A stretch of DNA of 64,000 bases from Candidatus Woesearchaeota archaeon (GTDB lineage: Archaea; Nanobdellota; Nanobdellia; Woesearchaeales; WJIZ01): positions 6,600-70,599 of the forward strand of contig JAGVYS010000002.1 in the NCBI GenBank assembly GCA_018303125.1, given 5' to 3'. Below, piece after piece: positions 28,826-38,175 of the stretch (position 1 is the first letter of the stretch; each line of letters opens with the position of its first letter). Under the pieces are notes generated by a model that searched no databases, was not told where the DNA came from, and saw nothing but the letters and a program-made list of their open reading frames with translations. Both the position numbers and the translations under genes were made by a program.

Positions 28826-29521
28826 ATGAGAGCAATAGTTCTTGCAGGCGGGCTTGGAACAAGACTGAAGGGGTACATAGAAAAGATTCCCAAAGCCCTC
28901 GTGCCTCTCAACGGAAAGCCGCTGATAGAGCATGTCCTTGGCATTCTGAAACGAAATGGAGTAAAAGACATAATGATAAGCGTAGCATACATGAAGGAAA
29001 AGATTACAGAAGCGCTCGGAGACGGAAAAAGATTAGGGCTAAACATATCTTATATCGAGGAGCCTGAGCCTTTAGGGACAGCCGGCCCGCTCATAATACT
29101 TGCAAAGGAAAAAAAGCAGATTAATGAAAGCTTTTTTGTTGTAAACTCTGACAACCTCCTTGAGATTGACATGAAAAAAATGATTCATTTCCATAAAAGC
29201 AGGAAAGCGTCCTGCACTATAGCACTTGTTGAAGTTGAAAAGCCAGAAAGCTATGGTGGTGCTGTGCTTGAAGGAGACAAAATAATCGAATTTGTTGAGA
29301 AACCGAAAGAAAAGGTATCCAATTTTATAAATTCAGGGTATTATATAATGGAGCCGGAAGTTTTCGGCATAGTAGAAGGAATGGAAAAGGCAATGATTGA
29401 AAAGGATGTATTTCCTGTCCTTGCGAAAAAAGGAAAGTTATATGGATTTATGTGTCATGGAAAATGGTTTGATGTTGGCACTCCAGAAAGATATGCGATG
29501 GCTGAGAGCGAGTGGAGATAA
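28826..29521 (+). CDS. sugar-phosphate nucleotidyltransferase (NTP_transferase family)
   Basis: MRAIVLAGGLGTRLKGYIEKIPKALVPLNGKPLIEH signature G-loop; overall RmlA/ManC-like fold. Confidence 0.75.
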   Translation: MRAIVLAGGLGTRLKGYIEKIPKALVPLNGKPLIEHVLGILKRNGVKDIMISVAYMKEKITEALGDGKRLGLNISYIEEPEPLGTAGPLIILAKEKKQINESFFVVNSDNLLEIDMKKMIHFHKSRKASCTIALVEVEKPESYGGAVLEGDKIIEFVEKPKEKVSNFINSGYYIMEPEVFGIVEGMEKAMIEKDVFPVLAKKGKLYGFMCHGKWFDVGTPERYAMAESEWR

Positions 29522-29844
29522 GGAACGAAACAAATGGAAAGGGAATAAGTGATTCCTATAAAATCTGCCAAAGTTCCTTTTCAAAATTTCTTGGGCTGAT
29601 GTTCTCCAGAAAGAAAAACCTCTTATTTGTTTTTGAGAAGGAATCAAGGGCATCGTTGCATATGCTTTTTGTATTCTTCCCTATATGGGCAATTTACCTT
29701 AATGAAAGAAAGGAAACATTGGTTGTAAAGAAGCTTTTCCCTTTCATCTCATATTTCAGGCCGAAGCAGAAAGCTAAGTATATAATCGAGCTTGTAGAAG
29801 AACCGAAAATAAATATAGGAGACAAAATCAGGTGGAAAGAATGA
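29512..29844 (+). CDS. hypothetical protein
   Basis: 110 aa ORF, no recognisable motif; overlaps the neighbouring genes by a few codons. Confidence 0.3.
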   Translation: MEIRNETNGKGISDSYKICQSSFSKFLGLMFSRKKNLLFVFEKESRASLHMLFVFFPIWAIYLNERKETLVVKKLFPFISYFRPKQKAKYIIELVEEPKINIGDKIRWKE

Positions 29845-30275
29845 TGCTCTGGCAGCATTTCCTTGCAAGCGCGCTTCTTGCAGCAGCATTATATCCTCTT
29901 ACAGGAAATGCTGCTTTTCTTGTCTTTATTGGTGGTTTCCTGATAGATATAGACCATATTATTTACTATTTATTCAGGTTCAGGAGCTTTGGCGTGAAAA
30001 AAGTCTATGAGTACTGCCTAAGCATTGGAAGAGAGAGAAAATTCGAAGAGCACATGAGAATGGTGAAGTGCTTCCATTTCATTGAGATTCCTCTTCTGCT
30101 TTTCTTCCTTGGCTTCATTGATGTGGCATTTCTGGTTGCTTCGGCAGGGTTTGTATTGCATTTAACAATGGACATTGTTTACGAGAAAAGGCTGATGGGA
30201 AAAGCCATCATGCATTCGATAATCTTGCTCATTTTCAGGAACAGCCAAACAAAAAGCCTTTTAAAAAGGCAATAA
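29832..30275 (+). CDS. membrane protein, possibly DUF457-like metal-dependent hydrolase
   Basis: Four hydrophobic segments and His-containing motifs (IDIDHIIYY, HLTMD) reminiscent of the YdjM/DUF457 family; weak. Confidence 0.3.
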   Translation: MERMMLWQHFLASALLAAALYPLTGNAAFLVFIGGFLIDIDHIIYYLFRFRSFGVKKVYEYCLSIGRERKFEEHMRMVKCFHFIEIPLLLFFLGFIDVAFLVASAGFVLHLTMDIVYEKRLMGKAIMHSIILLIFRNSQTKSLLKRQ

Positions 30276-30289
30276 TCCCTGACCATTAA

Positions 30290-30429
30290 GGGGCTGTGGT
30301 ATAACCTGGCCAGATGTTTCAATGAAACTGGCAAACGAGTGGCTCCAGTATTGGAGATATGAGCGAAAGCCGTGAATGATGCTTCAGTGAAGGCACCACT
30401 AAATCTGCGTTCAAATCGCAGCAGCCCCA
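30290..30429 (+). tRNA. tRNA-Trp (anticodon CCA) interrupted by a canonical 37/38 intron (30349-30394) and probably a second ~19-nt non-canonical intron near positions 25-27 (about 30318-30337)
   Basis: 7/7 Watson-Crick acceptor stem GGGGCUG/CAGCCCC with discriminator A; T-arm CUGCG-UUCAAAU-CGCAG; anticodon stem AGUGG/CCACU (5/5) with loop C-U-CCA-G...A; the anticodon pairs with intron segment UGGAG (CUCCA/UGGAG), as expected for a BHB substrate; the D-arm needs two G-U pairs, so the second intron call is tentative. Confidence 0.6.
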
Positions 30430-30474
30430 TATTTCTTGGCAATATTTTAATAGCAGTGATATCAAAGCAAAACA

Positions 30475-31272
30475 ATGAAGCTATATTTCATGATATTTGC
30501 ACTGCTTCTCCTGGCTGGCTGTTCTGGAGAAAAGGGAGAAAAATCAGTCATTGCAGAAGAAAGCATACCTGCAGGAGAAAACGCGATGGACTATAGCCTT
30601 GCAGTTGCTGATGCGTATCTTGCTTCGCGAGAAAACGGCTCAGTGGAATTTGTAAGAGCCGATGCATTGGATTGCAATATGTGCTGGAATTTCACATATA
30701 ATATAACAGGAAAGGGTAAGGCGATAGTCTCTGTAAAAGCTGGAAATGTCACAGAGTCAGTATTCATACAAAATACCATTGCAAGCTTCGAAGAATGTGA
30801 GAGCGACGGAAACCAGATAAAAGAGTATTATCCAAGAGTGTGCATTATAGATGATAAGAATTTTACAGAAACTGCCATTTCCCTGATAAATGACACAAGC
30901 AATTCAACAAAGGCATTGGCGGTAAGCACGATATGCATAAATGGTGAAAAGAGGGGCGAAATATACTTCAGGACAAAAAATCCAATGAAAGGAGTTGAAT
31001 ACCAGTTCAAGATACATGGCAAAGATTACACTCCTTTATTGAAATACAATGAAAGTATAATAGAGAAAACTGTCAGGTTTATGATATGCGAAGATTGCAA
31101 GACAAGCAGATACTCGGATTTCACTCTCAAGCCTGATAAAGTCTACATATTCAGGCTATTTTTCAGAAGTGATGGAATAGGCTCAGGAGAGTATCTTATT
31201 GACACTAGGGAGGATTCTGAACTCATGAAAAAAGAATGCAAAAACGAGAAGATTAAGCTGGAGAAATGGTAG
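30475..31272 (+). CDS. secreted Cys-rich lipoprotein-like protein
   Basis: Signal peptide with lipobox-like LLAGC; 265 aa, multiple Cys; no homology recognised. Confidence 0.4.
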   Translation: MKLYFMIFALLLLAGCSGEKGEKSVIAEESIPAGENAMDYSLAVADAYLASRENGSVEFVRADALDCNMCWNFTYNITGKGKAIVSVKAGNVTESVFIQNTIASFEECESDGNQIKEYYPRVCIIDDKNFTETAISLINDTSNSTKALAVSTICINGEKRGEIYFRTKNPMKGVEYQFKIHGKDYTPLLKYNESIIEKTVRFMICEDCKTSRYSDFTLKPDKVYIFRLFFRSDGIGSGEYLIDTREDSELMKKECKNEKIKLEKW

Positions 31273-33306
31273 TTATTTTTTCTCTGCCTTATTCATAAAA
31301 TAAAGCACTATTGCAAGGATGACAAATCCTGCTATCATGTACCAGAGGTATTCTGCAGCAAATCCCAGCAAAAAAGAAAATATGCTTCCTACTCCCTGCA
31401 TTATTGCAAAATAGCTTGCAGCTGCCACTGCTGCCAAAAGGAGAATGATTCCGAGGGCTAAAAGGAGCTTATTCTTTATCATAACTTTGCCATTGGTCTT
31501 GGCGGTGCGCTTTATGAGCCTTCTTATTTTCCATACTTTGATTTTTTCTTTTGCGTAAAATCCTGCAATGACTAATAATATGATTACAAAAGCAAATGAA
31601 ATCAGCCAGAATCTATTATAGAAAACAGCATTGTACAGATTATCCATGAAGGAGGGGGAATCTGAGAGTCTCAGCTTTATTGTTTTCTTGTATACAACGT
31701 TTTCAGATTGAACCAGTATATTGGCATAATAAGTGCCACTGCTTGCATTCCCTGGATTTGCCAAAAGAAGGAAAGAATGCTGTTCGCCTGGAGAGAGCCT
31801 GAAACTATATGTACTAGCCCTTATCCAGCTCTCTGCTTCGATTTTTACAGAATAGTTTGCTGCCTTGCTTCCCTTGTGCAAAATATGTATTGGTATCTCA
31901 TTCTTGCCATATCCTATAGACAAAGGTCCCTGCGCATTAATGTCCAGGCTATAACATGCCTCTATTGGCTTGACCTCGATAGGTATATCAGCAGCTGCAT
32001 GTGCCTTGCCATTCCCTAAATCTGCAATTAATGTTACTTTAGTATTTCCTGAAAAATCGCATGGAGGGTTAACTCTCAGGAATGCACTTGATGAATTCCC
32101 TGAGTTAATTGAAAGTGAATTTTGCAGCAGGCTTGCATAGCTGCCAGTTGCATTAAGAATTACGTTCTCCTTGAAGGAGCCTGTATTTGTTATGTTCAGA
32201 GGAATATCAGATGCCAGGCAACTGCATATTTCCGCGGGCCTTGCATCTATAATTAGGCCATGGCAGCTGTTTACATCAATGTTTATGGTCTTCTGTAATC
32301 TCTCCTTTCCAAAGCCTGACTCGGCAGAAAGCAATAGCTTGTGCTGTCCTGCTGCATCAAGAGAAGGGCTTGTCTCAAGGAAAAACGCTCCTGAACTGTA
32401 TCCCTCGATTACCGAGCTGTTTATGTTCAGCCTGACCCATTCAGGACCGACAAGTGAATAAGCAAAACTATTGCCTATATACCCAGGATTCTCTGTCCTT
32501 ACTTGTATATATTTCTGGTCTCCTGCGCACATTTCATAGCTTCCTTGAGAGGGAACAAAGGCATCTGCCTTTGGACTGTCAAGGATTTTACCAGTATCAA
32601 TGGAGTAACCATAGCATTTATTTATGTTAAGCAGGATAGGTGCACTGGCCTTTATTCCTGACGCCAATGCGTTGGAGAAGACATTTACAATGTATTCCCC
32701 ATATATGTCGCATGATGGATTTATTGTAAGCGTAAGATCTTTGCTCTCGCCAGGTGCAAGGAAAACAGGATTCATTGTTATATTGGCATACTCAGAGAAA
32801 GCATCAAGCCCCAAAACATAAGTCTCATCTATCTCCCCTGAATTGTATATTGTTAGGTTGTATGGCAAACCTATGCATGGGCATGCGGTCTGGTTAAAAT
32901 TATAGAGAAGCAAGGTATTGTCATTGCATAAGTTTGCACTGATTCTCTTTGTAATATATTTCTGAATCCCAAAAAAAGTGCTTATATCTATGCTTATATC
33001 GTGCTCGCCTTCAGCTCCATTAGGAAAGCTGTAAATTATGCCAACGGTCTTTTCCTCTCCTGGTTCCAGGGAAAACTCTCTTGGCGCTGCAGCAGCATAC
33101 AATGCGCCGTCTCCTGAAAAAGATATTTTATAGTCACTTAAGAAATCGCCTGTATTGAATACAACTATCTCATCGCTGTAGGAGGATAGAGTACATAAGC
33201 TTATTGCAGAATCTGTTGAAGCAGCTATGAAATCTTCCTCAGGGTATACAGATGGAAGTATTAAAATAAAGATTAAAAAAAAGCTGGCTACAGTATTAAT
33301 GTGCAT
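31273..33306 (-). CDS. large surface protein with C-terminal TM anchors
   Basis: N-terminal signal peptide, repeated beta-rich segments with N-x-S/T sequons, two C-terminal hydrophobic helices separated by a basic stretch. Confidence 0.4.
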   Translation of the reverse strand: MHINTVASFFLIFILILPSVYPEEDFIAASTDSAISLCTLSSYSDEIVVFNTGDFLSDYKISFSGDGALYAAAAPREFSLEPGEEKTVGIIYSFPNGAEGEHDISIDISTFFGIQKYITKRISANLCNDNTLLLYNFNQTACPCIGLPYNLTIYNSGEIDETYVLGLDAFSEYANITMNPVFLAPGESKDLTLTINPSCDIYGEYIVNVFSNALASGIKASAPILLNINKCYGYSIDTGKILDSPKADAFVPSQGSYEMCAGDQKYIQVRTENPGYIGNSFAYSLVGPEWVRLNINSSVIEGYSSGAFFLETSPSLDAAGQHKLLLSAESGFGKERLQKTINIDVNSCHGLIIDARPAEICSCLASDIPLNITNTGSFKENVILNATGSYASLLQNSLSINSGNSSSAFLRVNPPCDFSGNTKVTLIADLGNGKAHAAADIPIEVKPIEACYSLDINAQGPLSIGYGKNEIPIHILHKGSKAANYSVKIEAESWIRASTYSFRLSPGEQHSFLLLANPGNASSGTYYANILVQSENVVYKKTIKLRLSDSPSFMDNLYNAVFYNRFWLISFAFVIILLVIAGFYAKEKIKVWKIRRLIKRTAKTNGKVMIKNKLLLALGIILLLAAVAAASYFAIMQGVGSIFSFLLGFAAEYLWYMIAGFVILAIVLYFMNKAEKK

Positions 33307-33335
33307 TTTCTGTATTCTCCCCTATAAGGCTGATA

Positions 33336-33376
33336 AAACAAATAAAAAAGAAAAAGGAGCTGCACGCGGGCAGTGC
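33336..33376 (-). terminator. short GC hairpin (GCAC-n7-GUGC) directly after the stop of the 33377..34657 gene, followed by an oligo-T tract on the coding strand
   Basis: Plus strand shows gctgcacgcgggcagtgc preceded by an A-run (33336-33356), i.e. hairpin followed by TTTTTCTTTTTTATTTGTTTT on the minus strand. Confidence 0.35.
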
Positions 33377-34657
33377 CTAATAGTAGCTCTGCTCTTCGTT
33401 CTTTCCTTCGTCGTCTTTCCTTAGCTTGCTGAATCCAAGCACTATTGCCAGTATAACAAGGATGACAACGAGAACCATAAGCCCCACTTCAACTATTCTC
33501 TGAAGGTTTACTTTCTCCTCTCCCTTGGTTACATTGGCTGTGAATGTCAGATTCTTAAGCGTCTTATCCCCTAGCTTGATGCTTATGCCGAAAACCTGAG
33601 GTCCGGCGGCTGTTGAGTCCTTTGGAATTACCTGGACATAGACTACCTGGCTGTCTCCCTTTCCGACAGTAACTATGTTGCTCGGAGTTATCCTGAAAGT
33701 ACCCCATTCTCCCCCTGTAACGCTAACAACAAAGGACTTGGAGTCTCCTGAGTTGGTTATGGTAATGGGATATATTGCTCCTGTGCCCTTTGGAACTTCC
33801 TGTGCAGTAGGCCCGGGTGTTATTGTGACCTTCTCATCCTTTTCAGTTGTCTCGCCAGGAGTTGCCCCTCTAGCGCATGTTTCGTCAGCTATTACTTCAA
33901 TCTCCATCTCCTTCTTGACTGACTTTTCCATGTCATCAAACTGAACTAGCACTTCTGCATCATATGTACCTGGCTTCTCGCATGGAGGAATCCTAACATA
34001 AAGCTCCTCTGTCGATTTCTGGTCATCGTCTTCGCCGTCTGCCTCTATAGTATCTATGTAATCAGTTGCTGAAACATCCAGCTCTGGAATGGAGAACGTA
34101 ACCTTTACGTCATCCTCATCCCCTGCTCCATAGTTCTGGATCCTTACAGTTGAAAGCAATGCTCTTCCTGCCTTTATTTCTGCACTAGGTGAAAGAACAA
34201 CATCCTTTATTACTAATGTATGCCTTGAAGTCTCTATATTCAACTCAAAGTTGCTTATTGCTGAAACAGTATTCCTGTCTGCAACCTCAATTCTCAGCTT
34301 ATACCTGTCCTGATCCATTTTCTGGGGCAGCTGCAGCTTCAGCTTCTTCACATAAGTTGTGCCATTTTTAACATCAAAAACATCTGAGGTATCGCTTACT
34401 CTTTCATCAGTGTCAATGCCTGCCAGTCTGGCAGAAATCTCAACATCATTATAGTCAAAAAATGAGGTAATCTCAATCTTGATTTCCATCTCATCTCCTT
34501 TATCAAATGATGTCAATGTATTTGTGCGTAGTGCGTTTAATTCAACATTGTCTACCAATACCCTATCAATATATATTGGGACTGCGCTTGCAATTCCGCT
34601 CAAAGAAATAACAGACATTATAAAAATCCCCAACAGCAACACACTTCTTATCTTCAT
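33377..34657 (-). CDS. surface protein with signal peptide and C-terminal TM anchor
   Basis: Signal peptide MKIRSVLLLGIFIMSVISLSGIASA; acidic beta-rich repeats; C-terminal TM LMVLVVILVILAIVLGF plus charged tail. Confidence 0.4.
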   Translation of the reverse strand: MKIRSVLLLGIFIMSVISLSGIASAVPIYIDRVLVDNVELNALRTNTLTSFDKGDEMEIKIEITSFFDYNDVEISARLAGIDTDERVSDTSDVFDVKNGTTYVKKLKLQLPQKMDQDRYKLRIEVADRNTVSAISNFELNIETSRHTLVIKDVVLSPSAEIKAGRALLSTVRIQNYGAGDEDDVKVTFSIPELDVSATDYIDTIEADGEDDDQKSTEELYVRIPPCEKPGTYDAEVLVQFDDMEKSVKKEMEIEVIADETCARGATPGETTEKDEKVTITPGPTAQEVPKGTGAIYPITITNSGDSKSFVVSVTGGEWGTFRITPSNIVTVGKGDSQVVYVQVIPKDSTAAGPQVFGISIKLGDKTLKNLTFTANVTKGEEKVNLQRIVEVGLMVLVVILVILAIVLGFSKLRKDDEGKNEEQSYY

Positions 34658-35070
34658 TTTATCTTGACCCCCATGTTTTGTGAATATCCCGAGCTTAAAC
34701 CCGGTGATGTTCCTTTTACGAGTGTAGATTTACATTTATATTTAAAGTTTTCGATTATTGAGTATACCGGAGTAGTTAAACAGATAAACTATCTTATAGT
34801 AAAAATTATTTCTCCATATAATCTCCCATCCAGTTCATATTCAATGTTCATGCTCCATTCTGTATTCCTGCCAAAATATATTGTCTACTAAAGCAACAAA
34901 GCTGCTCGTCACTAGAGTACATAAATTACGGAATTCTTGTTTTAATTGGCTAACTGTAAACTTACAAATATTCACAAATAATTGCAATTTCTCCTCTCAG
35001 CTTGCATTTTTGCGCATGAAATAGTCATTCAAAAACTTTATATAGTGTCCTCTTACCCTGCAGCTATTCG

Positions 35071-38000
35071 TTGGTGAGTTTTAAATTGGAAAAGAAAGAT
35101 GATGACTTGGTTCTGGACTTCACAAGGGTGAAGAATTTTTTCAAGAAGTCAGACAAAACCGATTCTCCTGCAAAAGAGGGCAGCAATGACAAAGTTTCGC
35201 ACCAGGATGAAGAGATATCATTCAATTTTTCCAAGGTAAAGGGATTCTTCAAAGGCCTTGGCAAAAAAAAAGAAGATGAGAAGCAAAATGATGATTTGTC
35301 ATTTGATGCTAAAAAGGCACTTATCTGGATAATGAAATACCGTACGCTCTTGCTCCTCATCATACCATTATTTCTTGCAATATCAATAAGATGGGTGCCT
35401 GCATATTTGCCAATAACAGATGACTGGGCTGAAAACGCTATAGCCAACAGCATAAGGCAGCAGATTTCAAATGAAATTAACGCAAAGTATCCAAACCTGC
35501 CTGAGGCCAACAAGGCAACCCTTATCAATGGCCAATTGCAGCAGTTCATCAAGGCGAATGAGAAGTCAATAAACGACCAGAAAAAAGAAGTTTCTCAGCA
35601 GTTCAAGTCGCAATTACAGAAGGGAGACCAATCTTACCCGACAGATATTGACCAGTTTTTTTGGCTAAGGTATGCTGAAAACATTATCGAGAGAGGGCAT
35701 CCTGGCGACGAGCTTAGAAACCCTCAGACAAGAGAGATATGCGAAAAAATCAGTAAGAACTGTGTGCCATGGGATAACCATATGTATGCCCCTATGGGAG
35801 GGGAAGTCTCCAAGGACATGTTCAACGCTTATGTTATTGCTTATTGGCATAAGGCATGGACTGTGTTTGAGCCTGGCGCAGACCTCCTGCGCTCTGCATT
35901 TGCAGTGCCAATAATTTTTTCTGCCTTGGCAATAATTCCTGTTTTCTTCATAGCTAGGCGTGCATGCGGGAATTTTGGGGCTTTTGTCGCCTCCATAATA
36001 GTCGCTGTGCATCCAGCATTTTTGATAAGGACTTTCGGCGGCTCTGCAGACACCGACCCCTATAATGTATTTTTGCCGCTCATTATAACCTGGCTTTTCC
36101 TTGAGTCATTTGAATCAAAGAGCCTGAAGAAGAATATCGCATTAAGCTTTGTTGCAGGGATATGCGTTGCAATCTATAGTATAACCTGGGGGGGATGGTG
36201 GTACATTTTTGATTTTCTTGTAATCTCTCTTTTGCTATTCATGGTTATATATGTTTTCCTGCATAGGGACCAGTTAAATAACATACTTGCCCAAAGGACT
36301 ATCAGGCTCTCTGCCATGACACTGGCTGTATTCTTTTTTACCTCGCTTATATTCACGACAATGTTTACAAGCTACTCTACATTTGAAAACGCAATAAATG
36401 GCCCAATTGGATTCACCAAGTTTAAGGAAGTTGCAGTATCAACAATCTGGCCAAATGTATTCACAACAGTAGCAGAGCAGAACCCTGCATCACTTGAGGG
36501 TGTAATAAATCAGGCAGGCATAGGCAGCATCTTGCTCTTCTTGTTATCAATAGTGGGGATATCAATCAGCCTGATAAAGCCTAGAAGTTCGAAAGCAGCA
36601 GATGGGCTTTATTTTACCATAACTCTGGTTTGGTGCTGGTTTGTCCTCTGGCTCAAGCCAGATAGCCTGATGTTCTTCCTTTTCCTGATAAGCCTTCCAA
36701 TCATTGGCAGGATTGCTCTTGCCGTATATAAAAAGGAGATGGATCTGGATTTCAAACTGGCAATCATACTGATGATATGGTTTGGCTCAACCATATACGC
36801 AAGCACTAAAGGGATAAGATACACATTGCTTATTGCTCCTATAGCTGGCATAGGGATAGGCATAGCCCTTGGTTTCATCTATAATTTTGCTAGCTATTAT
36901 GCTGCTAAATATATGAATACTGGCAAAGTAGTTACTAAAATAATAGCAATGGCCGTCATACTTGCAATATTCATTCCTGGGCCATACAGCAAAGCAACCG
37001 ACTTGGCAAAGCAGCAGGTACCAATAATGAATGATGCATGGTATGATTCTTTGGACAAGATAAAGCAGGAGTCGGCGCAGAATGCCATCATAAATTCCTG
37101 GTGGGATTATGGGCACTGGTTTAAGGCCGTGAGCGACAGGGCAGTAACATTTGATGGAACATCTCAGGATACTCCGATGGCACACTGGATAGGAAATGCA
37201 TTGCTTACAAATGATGAAGATCTTGCTGTTGGAATACTTAGGATGCTTGACTGCGGCTCTGTAATGGCATTCTGGAAGCTTAATAGTGAAATAAATGACG
37301 GAACTAGATCTGTTGACATCCTCTATAAGGTATTAGTGATGGACAAAGAAAGCGCAAGAAAAGAGCTACTGGGGCATATAGGCCAAAGCACAGCTGAAGA
37401 AGTATTGAAATATACCCACTGTGAGCCCCCGGAGAACTACTTCATAACATCAGATGATATGATATCAAAATCTGGTGTGTGGGCTCATTTTGGAAGCTGG
37501 AATTTTGATAAGGCATTTATCTATAATACGCTAAAGAGCAAGGAGTATGTTAACAACAAGCAACGCGGTGTTGAATTCCTCAAAGATAGGTTTAATTACA
37601 CTGACAAGGATGCTGAAAATGTATACAGGGAAGTGAGTTTCATAACAAACAGTAACGATGCAAACTCATGGATAGCCCCATGGCCATCATATGGGTCAAG
37701 GCTTTCTGGGTGCTCAACAAGGGAAGATAATATTATCTGCCCTCTTCAGACAGAGAATGGAGGAATTGCAAACGTTGACATAAACCTGAAAAACAGGACA
37801 GCCAACATAATGTCCTCAAATGGGATTGTCCATCCTAAAGCAGTTGTTTTCCCTACCAAGGATGGCATAGATAAGATAGAGTATCCTGACAGCCCTGTTG
37901 GTTTTACAATGACGCTTATCCCATCAGGAGATTCATGGAGCTACATAATGATGTCTGCGCCGCTTGAAGACGGTATTTTCACAAGGCTGTATTTCCTGGA

Positions 38001-38175
38001 TGGCCATGGCCTGACAAAGTTCAGGAAATTCTCTGATATGACCTCATTTACAGGCAATAGGATAGTTATCTGGAAAATTGATTGGAATGGAACCAATAAG
38101 AACCTCGTTTACTTCAATGAAGAAGCCCCTAGTTTGCAAGAGAATATATCTGATGTTAATGCCTCAAACCAATGA
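35071..38175 (+). CDS. aglB: oligosaccharyltransferase AglB (STT3 family)
   Basis: Catalytic WWDYGHW motif (INSWWDYGHWFKAV), EL1 acidic motif ITDDWAEN after TM1, 13-TM N-terminal half plus ~450-aa C-terminal periplasmic domain; ~85-aa N-terminal extension with two copies of an LxFxxVKxFFK motif. Confidence 0.9.
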   Translation: MVSFKLEKKDDDLVLDFTRVKNFFKKSDKTDSPAKEGSNDKVSHQDEEISFNFSKVKGFFKGLGKKKEDEKQNDDLSFDAKKALIWIMKYRTLLLLIIPLFLAISIRWVPAYLPITDDWAENAIANSIRQQISNEINAKYPNLPEANKATLINGQLQQFIKANEKSINDQKKEVSQQFKSQLQKGDQSYPTDIDQFFWLRYAENIIERGHPGDELRNPQTREICEKISKNCVPWDNHMYAPMGGEVSKDMFNAYVIAYWHKAWTVFEPGADLLRSAFAVPIIFSALAIIPVFFIARRACGNFGAFVASIIVAVHPAFLIRTFGGSADTDPYNVFLPLIITWLFLESFESKSLKKNIALSFVAGICVAIYSITWGGWWYIFDFLVISLLLFMVIYVFLHRDQLNNILAQRTIRLSAMTLAVFFFTSLIFTTMFTSYSTFENAINGPIGFTKFKEVAVSTIWPNVFTTVAEQNPASLEGVINQAGIGSILLFLLSIVGISISLIKPRSSKAADGLYFTITLVWCWFVLWLKPDSLMFFLFLISLPIIGRIALAVYKKEMDLDFKLAIILMIWFGSTIYASTKGIRYTLLIAPIAGIGIGIALGFIYNFASYYAAKYMNTGKVVTKIIAMAVILAIFIPGPYSKATDLAKQQVPIMNDAWYDSLDKIKQESAQNAIINSWWDYGHWFKAVSDRAVTFDGTSQDTPMAHWIGNALLTNDEDLAVGILRMLDCGSVMAFWKLNSEINDGTRSVDILYKVLVMDKESARKELLGHIGQSTAEEVLKYTHCEPPENYFITSDDMISKSGVWAHFGSWNFDKAFIYNTLKSKEYVNNKQRGVEFLKDRFNYTDKDAENVYREVSFITNSNDANSWIAPWPSYGSRLSGCSTREDNIICPLQTENGGIANVDINLKNRTANIMSSNGIVHPKAVVFPTKDGIDKIEYPDSPVGFTMTLIPSGDSWSYIMMSAPLEDGIFTRLYFLDGHGLTKFRKFSDMTSFTGNRIVIWKIDWNGTNKNLVYFNEEAPSLQENISDVNASNQ

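Noticed and set aside
28804-29067. 87-aa plus-strand ORF overlapping the start of the nucleotidyltransferase gene in another frame
   Set aside because: It is an Arg/Lys-rich alternative-frame translation of the real NTP_transferase gene (28826..29521), which has the canonical GGxGTRL motif.
30349-30394. Possible box C/D sRNA inside the tRNA-Trp intron, as in Euryarchaeota
   Set aside because: The intron is only ~46 nt. It has a weak C-like AUGAUGC but no clean D/D' (CUGA) boxes or terminal kink-turn pairing, so it is insufficient to call.
33307-33376. Possible small ncRNA in the 70-bp gap between two surface-protein genes
   Set aside because: The hairpin plus T-tract fits a simple terminator for the upstream gene followed by the promoter of the next, so no independent RNA is needed.
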